From the NCBI RefSeq assembly GCF_036321535.1, contig NC_087449.1, positions 70,122,001-70,186,000 on the forward strand: a DNA stretch of 64,000 nucleotides, given 5' to 3'. Below are positions 23,355-37,020 of the stretch, in pieces; within the stretch, counting starts at the first letter, position 1, and every line of letters starts with the position of its first letter. This stretch comes from Camelus dromedarius. Lineage: Eukaryota. The notes below the pieces were generated by a model. That model had not been told where the DNA came from. It saw nothing but the letters and a program-made list of their open reading frames with translations, and did no database searches. Position numbers and translations under genes: made by a program.

Positions 23355-23559
23355 CTGATGGGAGTAGGTGTGGCCATCGCTGAAGCCCCTGCCACCCCTC
23401 CCCAACCTGGGCGCGGTCAGGCCCCTCTGAGCAGGCCTGGCCTGGCTGGCCTTTGCCCCAGGGGCTGGAAGGCAAGGCCTGTGCTCATGACCAGTGGGGT
23501 CAGGGTCCCACTCCCACCCTTCCACCAGCTCCCTTGGAGGAGAGGCCAGGGTCCTGTAC

Positions 23560-23715
23560 CTAGGGACACCCTGGCGGGCACTGCCGCCTGGCTGATCCAG
23601 AAGGAGACCCAGGACATGGCGACCAGGAGGATGGAGGGCATGTAGGACTGGATGATGTAGACACCCCGGTTCCTCCTCAGGTGGAAGTGCAGGCTGAGCC
23701 GGGGGAATTGGCCGG
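23560..23715 (-). CDS. GABRD: GABRD exon 7 (pre-M1, M1 and start of M2)
   Basis: AG and GTACAG boundaries, 156 nt. Encodes [24 protein letters not shown]...PARVSLG. Confidence 0.98.
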
Positions 23716-24264
23716 CTGCCGGAGGGCCATCCGTTGTGAGCAGGCCCGCCGTGCACCACAGCACACGGACGGGAGGGCTGGGCGGGCAGGCGGGGCCACT
23801 GCCATCCTCAGAAGGAAGGAAGCCCCAGACCTCCCCTCCCCCATCACAGGCCAAGGGGTCAGGAGCCTCCCGGGCACAGGGCCACCAGAAGAATGTCCCT
23901 CGCAGCAGGACCCTCGCAGAGCACCGTCCACTCACCTCCATTGACCTGTCCTCCTTGAGGACAGACCAGGCTGAGCCCACTGGCTCCAATGACGGGGCAG
24001 CAGGAGCAGCCAAGAGACAACACAGGCTCGGCCCCGGAGCCCCCATGCCCCTCAGGTACCCCCAAACCTGGAGCGCTGCTGGCCCCAGGGAGCAGTGAAG
24101 GACCAGGGAACCTGCCCCGGCCTGCCCTGTCTCTCTTCTCGAGTGGCTTGGCCGGGTTCCAGCTGCACCCTCAGGGGCCCTCAGGGCAGCTGGCGGCTCA
24201 ATTAAAAGCACCAGGAAACCACAGGCGGGGCTCATGGGGAAGAGGCCACAAGAGGCTGTGTTAC

Positions 24265-24402
24265 CCGATTTGAAGTTGGTCAGCTCCGTGGTGAAGCGGT
24301 AGCTGGTGATGGTGAACTGGGCCAGCTGCAGCCTGTCCAGCCCGTGGATCTGCTCCTGGTTTTCGGACCAGTAGTAGACGATGTCCTCAGACGAGTAGCC
24401 AT
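24265..24402 (-). CDS. GABRD: GABRD exon 6 ([12 protein letters not shown]...[10 protein letters not shown])
   Basis: AG and GTAAC boundaries, 138 nt. Seen in ORF 23417..24517. Confidence 0.98.
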
Positions 24403-24664
24403 CTACAGGAGAGCCACAGGTGGGCGGCAGAGCCTGGCGCCCCCAGCCCATGGCTGCCCCCTGCAGAACCATCCTGCCCACTCTGGGAGCCTGATATGAA
24501 GTCACAGGGGGCAGCACAGGAAGACCCGGCCCGGAGAAAGGAGGCCTGGGGCCACGCCTGGCACCATGGGCAGGTGGGTGAGGCCAGAAGAATTGGCAGA
24601 AGCAAGGGTCACCATTGCCAGGTGACCCCCAGGGGCTGCCAGGATGGCCAGTGACGCAGATTCA

Positions 24665-25012
<348 letters not shown>

Positions 25013-25479
25013 TCAAGCCACTCTCCCGCTTTGTTGGCAAGGTGCCAGCATCCAGGTGGATCCTGGAACCTGTGGCCACTTTACGGATATTTGTGGGTCT
25101 TTCTCGGGGAATCACGAACTGGATTTCATTCCCTTTCCTCATCCTTCAAAACACCCGACTGTTTGTCTAAGTCGGGGGCACCCTGTCTCCTGTGGGGCAG
25201 TGTCTGGGGGTCCCGCCGACCCCGCAGCCCAGGGAGCAGCTCGGGCTGCTGAGCGTTCTGACTTTCCACGAGAATTTAGATCTTCATGTAAACCTCCTGA
25301 TCTTTAAAATGTTGGCAATTAACTCCCCTTTTAAAAGGCAAGTGTCAGAAAACACACATGCAAACAGATACACGCACACCTATGTTCAAAGCAGCATGCC
25401 TCACGACCGTCAAACGTGGAAACAGTGCAGGTGTCGATGGACGGAGGGCAGATACGCAAACCGCCGTGTCTGAGCAGTG

Positions 25480-25830
25480 GAATGTTACTCAGCCATAAAA
25501 AGGAAGGAAATTCTGATACATCTGAGGCTGAGCCTCAGAAACACTATACTTAGTAGGAAAAGGCAGACACAAAAGGTCACGGATTGCATGACTAACTTTG
25601 TGTGAAATTTGCAGGATAGGCAAATGTGTGAAGACAGAGCAGACGCGGTTTCCGGAGCTGCGGGAGGGGCACGGGTATGGGGTCTCCTTTTGGGGGTGAA
25701 ACAAGTTGGAGCACGGTAGAGGTGATGTTTGCACAACATTGTGAATGCACTAAATGCCACAGAATTGTTCACTTTTAAATGGTTGATTTTCTGTGCTGTG
25801 AACCTCACCCCAATTTAAAAACAAAAGGGC
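25480..25830 (+). mobile_element. Old L1 (L1MB-like) 3' end in GABRD intron 4
   Basis: tactcagccataaaaaggaaggaaattctgatacat...cacaacattgtgaatgcactaaatgccac...cactttaaatggt. Confidence 0.75.
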
Positions 25831-25991
25831 ACGTGTTAGCCAAAAAGCGGCATCCGCTGGCTTCCTGCCAGCAGCCTCTGCGGTCCACGTTTCCTGAGCA
25901 GCTGCTGGCTGCCGGAGGTTATAAATAACGCCGCCCAGCTCCAAGCAGAGCCCGGGTTTTCTCCACGGGGGCGGGCCGGGCCCAGGGCTCA

Positions 25992-26543
<552 letters not shown>

Positions 26544-26546
26544 CTA

Positions 26547-26795
<249 letters not shown>

Positions 26796-27504
26796 TCACA
26801 GAGGTGGGGCACCAGGGTCAGAGACTGTCCTGGGCACTTAGGCCAGCAGGGACAGGGAGGAGGCCCACCAGGCTGGACCCAGCCAGTCCTGGGAATTCAC
26901 ACCAGAGACCCAGGGAGGTCCAGGTCCCAGGGCTCCTCGACCTCTTCCCCCGGCCCCAACCACCAGCCTTGAGGGAGGCTGCTCGAGTCAGACAGAGGCC
27001 AGTCAAGGTTGAGTACCCAGGCTCTTTCCATAACCAGCCCAGCATTCCCACCTTACGGTCCCTCAACAAATAGGCCTCGGAGGACCCCAACAAGAGAGCA
27101 TGGCCTGCCTTTTAGCTTCTGAGGACAAAGTGTCCTGTAGGAGATGACTTGGGAGAAAAGGCGTGTGACCAGGAGGCTGAGGGCTGGGGAGAGGGAGAGA
27201 GTGGGTGAGGTCCCAAATCTGGGACCCAGGGTCAGGCCAAGCGCCCACAGGGCAGCTGCAGTCCGGCCTCCTGCTCTCAGTGCCTTCCCAGGCGGGTCCC
27301 AGAGGCCCCCAAATCACCATGTGCTTAGCCTAAGTCCAGAGCAGCAGGGGGCCATGCACGCTGGTTGCAGGCTAATGCCACTGACAACCTGTGCTGGTCA
27401 GGTCTGTCACTGGCGGGGCTGTAGAAGGTGACCCCACACACACACACCGACTGCCAGACGCTTCCCAGTAGCTCTGCCGCCCTCCCCTCTTGCTGCTCAC
27501 CCGT

Positions 27505-27905
27505 CCTGTGGTGAACAGTGTCATCCAAATTCATGTCCACCAAGAACCTCAGAACGGGACCTCATTGGGAAAGGGAGGCTCTGCAGACGTGATGAGGCAA
27601 GATGAGGGTTTGCTGGGCTAGGGTGGGCCCTGAGCCCAAGACTGATGTCCTTACAGGAAGAGAAATGGACACGCAGGGAGAAGTCATGGGACTACAGGGG
27701 AGGGGATGGGGGCCATGCGGCCACAGTCCCAGGAGCAGCAGGGACCGTGGCGAGACCAGACGCTGCAGCCAGGCCTGGACAGGTTCACTCACCCCTGCTG
27801 ACACCTTTACTTCAGGTTTCTGGCCTCCAGGATCATGAGAGGATAATTGTCTGCTGTTCTAGGTCCCCTGGCTTGCAGCCCCATGTTACAGCAGCCCCGG
27901 GAAGC
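27505..27905 (+). mobile_element. MaLR MLT1-type solo LTR in GABRD intron 1
   Basis: ccaaattcatgtcc...aacctcagaac...ggctctgcagacgtgat...ggcctccaggatcatgagaggataa...tgttacagcagccc. Confidence 0.75.
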
Positions 27906-30900
27906 CCACACACCCTTTCTCCTCCAGCCCACAGTGGCGGGGGCGGGGGGAGGGTTTTCTCCTAAACCCGATGGCAGGGAACCAGAGGGACATTCAGAAG
28001 TAACCCTCTTGTTATTCTTCGAATCAATCTATTCCCAGTGGGCAAGGCCTCCAGTTCATGCTGCGCCCGAGCCTGGCCAGAGCTGATGGGGGGACCTAAG
28101 GGGCCAGGGTCTGCACGCGGGGGCTGCTGGGAAGCTGAGGCCATGGCTCGCACTGCCTGGAAACAGACTGGCCTGAAGGCAGCTGCGGCTGCGTGCCCAG
28201 GCGCCCTACTCTGGGCCCTTCTGGCCGCCATGAGAAGACCGCCACCCACTCTCGGCTCCCACTGCGCTGCTGGCTGCTCCTCCCCACCCAACAGTGGGAT
28301 GGGCTCAGGGTCCAGCCCCTTCGCCAGGCCCCACTTGGGCCACTGCGGTCCAGGCCCCCCGCCCCATCTCCCCAGCCCACCAGCTCCCTCTCGGCAGCCC
28401 CCCTCCCCAGGCCTGCTGCACGTGCTTCCTGACCCCCGCCCTCTGATGTCTCCCCTCCAGACCCTCAGGCACCTGGCCCCTCCTCTTTCTCCAGCACTAA
28501 CTCTGACCACCCTGCGCTGTCATGCTGCATCGCCCACCCGCACTGAACACCGTCCTTCTCCTGGTCCTGCCCCAGGCCCCTGCAGGAAGCTGTCCTAATC
28601 ACCCATCTATTCATCCACCCAGACCCCTTGGTGCCATCCCGTTCTAGGCACGTGACTGAGCCAGGACAAGGACAGTTGTGGCACAGGCCCACGTGGAGGT
28701 CGGCGTCTGTGATAAAGCAAGTGGCTCTAAGTGTGGTGAAGTTGCAGAAAGGGGACGCCAGGAGCCCTGTGGCTGGGGAGGACGGGACAGCCTCCCTGAG
28801 AAAGTGACATCAGAGCCAAAGGGGGAGAATATGAGTCTGGGGGAAGGTGGGTGGTGGGAGGCAGGTGAGGGTACCCGAGTGGGGCCCGAGGCAGCGGGAG
28901 GCAGCGGGGTGAGGAGGGAGGAAGAGCTGCCTGCGGAACCCACCCAGGGTCAAGGGGAACCAGCGCTCTCACCAGGATTAGACTCCCAGCTTTAAACCAC
29001 GATTCTGGTGAGGGAAGGGTGAGAAGTGTCCTGGGGGCGGAGAGAGAATAAACCGGGGGCTGTCATAGAGGCTGAGGGTGACGTGGGGCTGGACTGGACA
29101 GAGCAGCGGAGGGATGGAGGCTGACACCCCAAGACAGGAAGGGACCTGGCCTGGACTGAGGGAGGGACAGTGGGTGGGAGGGGCTGGGGGAGCAGGTTAT
29201 GCTGCTGAGTTTGTGCAGCAGGGCATCCAAGTGTCCTCTCCAGCGGGCTCGAGGAGCACCAGCAAGAGGTCGCCCAGACCCCGTATCCCAGTCTGTCTCA
29301 TACGCTGGCCTGTGAGGAAGGGGAAACTTGCAAACCCTGATCCATCCCGTAGACCCTCCAGGCGATGGCTGGGCTGAGAGTGTGGGCAGGGCAGGTGCTT
29401 TGGTAACAAAGTATAAGAAGGAATTAAATGGAACCCTAATCCCAAGTAAAGCACAATTTAAAATGCAAATGGAGGTCACCCTGAATGTTGGATGTAAAGG
29501 GACTCAAATCAGGCTTTATTTTTGGACTGGCCCAGCTGCCATCTTGAGGCTGTGGCTGACCTGCCTGGAACGATGCCATCAGGAGACATCGTCCCAGACC
29601 TCAGGCCGGCGGCCAAGGTGAGCACACCTGCCCTTGGCCCAGGCCCCGCGCCCGCGCGAGGGCTCAAAGTCACAATCAAGGGCAGCCCCCGCTGTGAAGC
29701 TTGCCTGGAAGTGTAGGACCCCAGTGGGTTCTCAGTCTCTGCCATCTCCAGGGCAAGAAGGGACAGGCTCCCCCAAGGTCACTTCTCACTAGGATGGGCT
29801 GGTCGTTCTGCAGCTGTGAAGGGATATGGGGGTGGGGGCTGTGGAAGCTGGAGCACCCAGGAGGCTACGCCATATGCTGGTCTGGGTCCTGGGGGCCCCT
29901 CCTCTCTGCCTTCAGTTCAGGCAGTGTGGGGGGGGTGGGGTACACACTCCACCTGGGGGGAGTTCCCTGTGTGGTGAGAACCTGGGGACCCTGACCAGCA
30001 TCTTGGGAGACTGTCCGACTGTCTGAAGGCCCTGGAAGCCGGTGGTGGCCTAGGGTTGGGGTTTCCTTAGAGGAACATAAGTTCAGAGACACACACCAGG
30101 CTCAGGCTCTCGGGCACAGCAGGCTGTGGAGCCACAGGTAGCCTCCCGCCCGGCCACTCCTGGGCGCCATCAGGCCTCTCCTGGCCCCACTGGGGAAACG
30201 CCCACTCCTGCCACTTGCCTGTGCCCCTGGGGGTGGAGAGGGAAGGTGGACATAGCGGGACAAGGCAGCAGGTACCCCCCCCACCGCCCCTCCCACCGCC
30301 AAGGATCCTCCACCACGCACACACGAGCCCACGGATCCCTGACAGCTCTGCGGCGCTGGCGCCTCAGTTACCAGGGAAAAGAGGAACACCACCACGACCA
30401 CGAGGTGTGCCTGCGAGGCGGGAGCTTCTCCAGGGAGACGGAGGTGCCAGCAGCCCGGGGAGGCCACCCACTCGGGTGCAGCTGGCAAGCTTGGGGGGCC
30501 GCCACGTGAGCGGCTCTTCAGACTCGGGGAAGCATGGCCTTGACCTGACCCACAAACGCTGTGGCTCGCTCACTTCTTGTCCCACCAGAACCCAGGGACC
30601 TGGCTGAGTAGCAGCAGCCAGTTGGGCACCTCCTGTCAGCCCCCTGTCCTCCCACACCGCCTGGGGGGCTGAGACGAGGAAAGGGCGGGCATGGTCCTCT
30701 GGGCTTCCGAGTGGAGGGACCCAGAGCAGATGGGAAAGGAATCCCCGAATGGACAGAGTCTTGTCCTGGCTGGGTCCTTGGCCTCCCAGCCTTCCTGCAC
30801 AGGCAGACAGGCTCACCCTAACCCAACAGCCCAGGAGCCAGCTGAGGTTGGAGTTCAGAGGGCTTCAGATTTTAGAAAGGTAAAATGAGGCACTGAACCT

Positions 30901-30956
30901 GGGGAGGGATCTGGAGAATTTTCCAGCAGGAAATGTATAAATATACGCAGTGTTGA

Positions 30957-31033
30957 GGGGCAGGGTATAGCTCAGTGGTAGAGGCCTGCTTAGCATGCAT
31001 GAGGTCCTGGGTTCAATCCCCAGTATCTCCATT

Positions 31034-31075
<42 letters not shown>
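30957..31075 (+). mobile_element. tRNA-Ala(AGC)-derived camelid SINE (Vic-1 type) with a (CA)n tail, in GABRD intron 1
   Basis: Box A TAGCTCAGTGG, anticodon loop TTAGCAT, box B GGTTCAATCC, then (AC)n at about 31036-31074. Confidence 0.9.
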
Positions 31076-31076
<1 letters not shown>

Positions 31077-32255
31077 TAAATATGCCCTGTGAACAGCAGA
31101 AATAAAGACAAAACAAGCAAAGCATGGCAGGCTTTGTTGTCAAAAGAGTTTTGGTGTCAAAATTGGACTACGACTTCGGGGTTCAGAGTGACTTGGATTT
31201 CAGAACTGTGGCTGCATGGCCGTGGGCCTGAGCCAGCAGCTGCCCCCCAGCCTCTAGCACGCACACCCTCGGCCACACCTCAACGCTCTTCCCTTCCTGG
31301 TGCCGTAAAGCAGGAGGAGAAGGGGAAGGGCCCACCAGGCTTGATGAAGAATGGAGCCCCGGGACAGGGGCCGCACGGGAACTGCGTGCGACCTCGGCGT
31401 GACAGTCACGTCTACGGCCGGACCCAGGCCTTCCTGGCTCTGCCTTTACACCGCCAGCAAGAAAACTCTGACCACACACACACAGAACCGTGCTATGGTG
31501 GCCTGCGTGCCTTCAGCCACAACGCAGGCTAGTAGTCGACCATTTCTGGCTCCTAAAGTCTTCGCCACCACTTGGCTGACCACAAAGTCCGGAACGCTGG
31601 CTGCCCTGTTTTTCCTACAGTCCTTGCACCAGGATGATTTTCAAAAAGGCCACTCACAACTCCCAGGGCAGGTGGTCAGGCTCGGTGCTCAGGACGCTGG
31701 GTGACCCAGAGCCTCGTCAAGTCCACAGAGAGAAGAGCCAGCGGGGACAGTGCTGGGCCTTAGGGGTCACAGGGGACCCTTCTCCTCAGCCGCTTCCTTC
31801 TCTGGGAAGACAGGGCACCTCATCCCATCTCCTGACAGTTATAAAGAACCCCGGAACCTCTTCCCTGCAGGGGCGCTGGGTCCCCTCCTACCTGTACACT
31901 TCGGCATCTGAAACGGCGCCTGAGAGGGAGACCCCACAGCACGCTGGGCCGACTGCTCCACAGCCGTGCACGGCCGTTAGAACGCCCCCTTGTCCACGCG
32001 GACCTGCTAGCTGGTCCTGCAGCTCTGCCCTCAGGGGAAGGGGCGCAGCCTCCTCCCCGCTGTTCTAAGGGTCTCTTTCTCCCTGCCCGCAGCTTGGGCC
32101 ATGCTGAGCGCTCAGCCGGCGCCTGGAAGGGCACCAGCCAGCCAGGGACGGGCCAAGTGCGGCTGGGGTCGAGGAAGCGGAGCTCAGCAGGCCCACCCGG
32201 GCACGGGGAGAACGGAGAGCGGCTCCGATGCCCTCCACCGGCCCCGCAGCGCCGG

Positions 32256-32282
32256 TTCAGCACCGGGACGGCGGACAGCGCC
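32256..32282 (+). promoter_or_regulatory. Non-canonical RE1/NRSE (REST site) with an 8-nt spacer
   Basis: TTCAGCACC-GGGACGGC-GGACAGCGCC. Both half-sites match the RE1 consensus perfectly, and the site lies in intron 1 of a neuronal gene. Confidence 0.7.
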
Positions 32283-32567
32283 GGGGCAGCAGGGCGGCTG
32301 GAACCCAACACCGCCCGGCCCGCGGCCAAGGACATCGTAGAGACGAGTCCGGAGATGAGCGCTCGCAGGGAAGACGGGCTGGGGGAGTCAAGGAGGGGAG
32401 AGAAGGGGGACAGACACGGTGGGAACGCGGGGGTAGGGGGAGACGAGGCGGATGAAGACCCGGGGTTCTCGCCGGGCTCCGTCCGACCAGCCGGGGCTGG
32501 GCTGGCCGGCGCCGGGCTCCCCACCGAGGGCGACCCCGGGGCAGTGCGGACCCCGGCGCCCGCTCAC

Positions 32568-32635
32568 CTGGTGCCGCGGTGCTGCTGCGCGCAGAGCAGC
32601 AGGAGCGGGGGCAGCAGCCAGGCCGGCGCGTCCAT
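32568..32635 (-). CDS. GABRD: GABA-A receptor delta subunit, exon 1 (signal peptide MDAPAWLLPPLLLLCAQQHRGTR)
   Basis: GCC-ATG-G start at 32635, 68 nt, GTGAG donor at 32567. Confidence 0.97.
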
Positions 32636-35600
32636 GGCCTCGGCCGGCTGGGCGCTGGACCGGGGGCGGCGCGGGGTCCGGCCGGTCGCGGGCGCTCGCG
32701 AAGTTGCTTCGCCGGCGGCGGCACAGGCGGGCGGGAGCGGGAGGGCGCGCGGCGCGGGCGCGAGGGCGGACGGAGCGCGGAGCCCGGAGCCGCCCCGCCC
32801 CGCCCGCCCGCGCGGCGCAGCTCTGCCCCTCCAGCTACCGCCGCCCCGCCTGCGGCGCCCCCTCCGGTCCTCGCGGGCCGCGCTCCCGGCCGGGGGTCTG
32901 GCGCTCCCCGTCCCATCGTCGCTGCCCTTGCCAGTCGCAAACGGACCTTCCGCGGGTCTGCCCGGGAGGCGACCCAGGCCCAGGCGCACGACCCGCTTGG
33001 ACGGGGCCTTCCGCTGCCGGCCAGGCGCCTGCGGACCTGCGGGCAGGGCGGGACCTCGTCCCTAAGGCGAAGTGTGTGATGACTGTTTGTGGGGTCTCAG
33101 GTCCCAGAGAGCTGGTTCCAGCACAAGGAGGGTGCTGGTGTCCCTGCAGCCTTCACCTGCTACTGGGAGAGACCCCCCCCCCCCGCCCATGCAGCTCCTT
33201 TCCAAACCCTCACACTTGCTGCAGAGCCTGAGAGATGCCACTCGCCCACCCAGCGGAGGGTGGGCGGTTAGGGGTGGTGGGGGTGGGCCTGCTGCTGCTC
33301 TGCTGGCCGCGATTCTGTGGTCAGAACCCTGCTCTGGTCACGGGATGCAGCGCCTTGTCTGGCTGGCAGGTCAGGCTCCATCACCCCCGTCCACACCCAC
33401 CGAACTGCTGAGAAAGTCAAGGCCTCATGCATTCTCTGCTGTGGCTCTTTCAAAAGTACAATTCTGCACAGTTTCCGAGAAAAAGCTGATCACAAACTTT
33501 AATCGTTTGATCCTTCGTTCACTTCTGGACCTCATGTTAGCTGACAACCAAAAGTGAACGTCTCAGGAAAACACTTAAAAATGGGCAAACTGGTCCCAGA
33601 GGGGGTCGGGTCCTGGATGTCCATGGACACTGGCTGGAGCAGGGGCAGGGGGAGGGGCCAAATGGGCTTCACTGCTGGGAATTTCCAGCCTGGTCTTGAG
33701 TGCCAGAGATCAAAGGGTCTGGGTTTCAGCTTTCGTTCCTAAAGCCAGTAACAAGGTCTAAGAAAGTCACTCGGGTCCCAGCTAAACGCCTCTCTGCAGG
33801 CTCTTCCGGCCCCTCGGGGGGCCCTCTGGGTACCGGGAAGCACATGTTGCTGTCTGAGTGTGTGCTCTGAGCCGTCTCTGGGCCTCGGGGCCACATTCCC
33901 GTTTGTCCTTCTGCATGGGCTGGAGTTGAGGAGTTAATCCATGAAAAGGTGCTGAGAGTGTGGCCTGGCAGGAGCGAGAGCCCGGGGTGTGCCAAGGGTT
34001 GTTTCTGTGGTTCCTGCCCTAGAACAGGAGCTTGCCTATCTGCTTCTTCACAGTGTCCCTCATGTCGAATAGCCTCTGGCATAAGGTAGGTGCTTAATAA
34101 ATGTAGGAAAATACGTAGGCTCAGAGTCACCAAAAGCCAGCACACTGGGCCTGGTCTGATGCCTGCACTGCACGGGACCACACCCAGCGCTGGCTCTCCT
34201 GTCTTTGAGGCCCGAGCGTTGGTCTCCATGCTGGTCCAGGCATCCCTCCCAGCTCTGTCTCTGGGTTCATGGTCATGGTGGTGTCCCGGACCTGAGAAGA
34301 TGCAGGTGCTGAGAGCTTCTGGGGCACTTTGCTGAACTTGAATCACTTCATTCAGTTGGTTTGAGGTGAAGCGAATTATCACTGTTTCCTTCACTGTCCT
34401 CTATTATCTGAAGCACAGGATTGACCCTGAGCTCTCACTGGAAGAGGACCGTGCTGCGCGGGCATCACAGCCATAGCTCCTCTGTCCTCGGGAGGCATCG
34501 AATCGCCTCTTCTTCCTGGAGCCCTGGAGGCGAGCACGTCTCAGCCAGGAATAGGGAAAGCGGTAAAGCAGTGCCCTGTGCACATGGAGCCGGCAGTGCT
34601 GCCCAGCGCTCACAGCTCTCCCGGGATGCCGGGGTCTGCACTGACCTTGAAGCAAAGGCTCAGTGTCCTCCCCAGAGTCTGCAAGCTGTATCTTAGTTCG
34701 ATATTGTCCTAACTGGCTTTCGTATGGATGGGAAGAGTAGGAGCTTTCATTTTTCCTTCCTCGAGTTTTTTTGAGAATCATTTTGTCGCATTTCTGAACC
34801 TTGGTTCAGAAGAGTCCCACTGATATGTGGACCCAGTCGGTCTCCCCGTCCTCATCTTCAGCTCCACTCAGACAAGCTCCAGGTACCCCAGGATGGGGAA
34901 GCCAACTCGGGGCAGCCCCAGTAAAGGTCAGGAAATCAGGATCTGGGTCCCGTGTGGTCAGCCACACCCGGGAAGTGTCCACTTCTCCCTCCCTCTGACC
35001 GTTCAGGAAATGTTCCCGGGGTCCGATGTCTGGGTATTAGCCCCAGTCCTGCTCCTAACTGGCCATGTGGCCTCAGGGAAGTCATTTCTTCCTGCTTTGT
35101 CTTATTCTTTTGCAAAAGGAGGCACTGAGAGTAGGGATGGGTTTCCTGGGTACCGCAAGCCCGCCATGCTGAACCCTGTTACAAAGACTCTCAGTTCCTC
35201 ACTCATAATGGGTTGTGTTCATTGAAAACAAGTCTCACTTGCAGGAGCTTGGGGTACCTCCCTCCTCTGGAAAATGGTTAAGGTTACTCCTCATGTTTAT
35301 TTCACTCCCGTTATTGTCATGGGGGGGGCGGCAGAACCCCACCCTCCGAGTGTGACTTTGGTGAAACTTTCCAAATTGATCAGACGAAGGGTCTCTGTCT
35401 GTGGAAGGCTCTCCGTTCCAGGTAAGGTGTGTGCTCTTCACCAGGGTCTCTGACGGCCCCACCCCCTTGTCTTGGCACTACTGAGGGACTGGGACAGGGA
35501 ACCTGGTGCCAAGGCATGGGCACAGCGTGAACATGAGGCCCGAACATCCCCCCCAGAGGCACCTGCTCCCCTATGTCTAGTTAACCCGTCCGTGTGCCAT

Positions 35601-36889
35601 GCTTTCCCTTATTTAACTTGGAACACGACAGCTTCTCCATCAGGACGGTCCCTGCAGAGCCCTCTGGTTTTGGGTCCAGGGCAGTGGCTGCTGCCTCCTC
35701 CTCCTGCTTGTGCAGGGAGGCGTTACACTCTCCCCGTATGGCGCTGAGCAGGACCACGCTCGGCCCTGGGAAGGTCTGGGAGCTTGGCTTCCATGGCTGC
35801 CCCCTGGAGCCACGAACTCAACCCTCGGATAGCAGCACCCGCCGTGGCATCTAGAGAGGTGCGGGGCGTGGTCGGTGGGGCGGCTTGACTCTTGAGATCG
35901 TCAGCCTGCAGCCCCTTGTGCATGAGGGTTTCTGGGTGATGGCCTGGCCGTGTGCCCACCGCGTAGGGGAAGGGTGGCAGCAAGCCCAGGGCCTGGGCCG
36001 AGAGCTGGCCTGCGTCCCTCGTAGCAGCAGGATGGGCCCCGGGAGGCGGAGGTGAGTCACAGGCATCCAGGCCGGGAAGCTGTCCTCATTCGTTTTAATC
36101 CCTGCCCGATGTATCTGTGAGGCTGTTCTGTTATTTTCCTGGGAAAATGCCCCAAATGAAGAAAATAGCAGTGACACAGAGAAAACTTTCCCTGAGCCTG
36201 GAATGTGATTATTAATCCTATGATTTCCAGATGGAATCCATTCATCTGGAGAAGCAGAGGAGCTTGGCAGGAAGCAGCAAACGCAGAACACTCGTAGCAG
36301 CCTGAGCTCCACCGTCTGCTTAAACAAAGGGCGCAGCGCACCAGGGAACGGGCCCAGCTTTGCGGCTGTTTTTAGTGATCGAGGCCCTGGGAACCAATAA
36401 GCGATTGAACTTGGCCACTTAGAGAATTTCTTTTTCTAAGGATGGAAATAGACAGCCAAGTACAATTGCTCGTGTTTGATGTGGAGAAGTCAGAATTCTA
36501 TTCTCGTATTTTATGTTTTTTTTTAAAGTCGCAATTTGAATTCTTTCCTGTGATGGAAAATGCTAAACACAGATTAACATTCCTGACAAAGGGCCGCCTA
36601 GCACGTGAGAAGGACTCTGCCTCACACGCCAGCGGACTGAACTGCCCTGAGGGTCCGGCAGGGCTGCTGGCTGTGGGTCCCGCCCCAGCACCCGCCCGAC
36701 TGCCCCGCGGCTCTGCTCCCCAGCTGCGAGGAGGGCAGCCATGCTTCCCTTGGCCTCTCTCTGGTCCACAGGCTGATCCTCTGTGCCGGATGCTGGAGAG
36801 ACAAAAGCAGGAGATTTGCTGTGATCTTTGTCATTCTCGATATTTGGACACTTTGATTAAACTTCCTCAGGAAAGGCCCCTTCCCGGCT

Positions 36890-37020
36890 GGGGTGCGTGT
36901 AGCTCAGTGGTAGAGCACGTGCTTAGCATGCATGAGGTCCTTGGTTCAATTCCCAGTACCTCCATTAATAATAATAATAATGAATTAATAAGACTAATTA
37001 CCTCCCCCCCCAAAAAAAAC
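36890..37020 (+). mobile_element. Vic-1-type SINE with an (AAT)n linker and CTAATTACCTCCCC-polyA end
   Basis: Same head as the 30957 copy. Probable target-site duplication gaaaggccccttc (36871-36883) and gaaagccccctac (37039-37051). Confidence 0.9.

Larger units (their letters stand above)
32090..33080. promoter_or_regulatory. GABRD: GABRD CpG-island promoter, 5' UTR and start of intron 1
   Basis: Very high CpG density spanning exon 1, with multiple GC boxes. Confidence 0.85.

Noticed and set aside
30957-31031. Possible tRNA-Ala(AGC) genes here and at 36890, 40070, 44840 and 49125
   Set aside because: The acceptor stems do not pair cleanly, and the copies have SINE tails, probable TSDs and multiple diverged versions. 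They are SINEs.
32094-33231. Long ORFs across the GABRD CpG island
   Set aside because: GC artefacts; only the signal-peptide exon is real.
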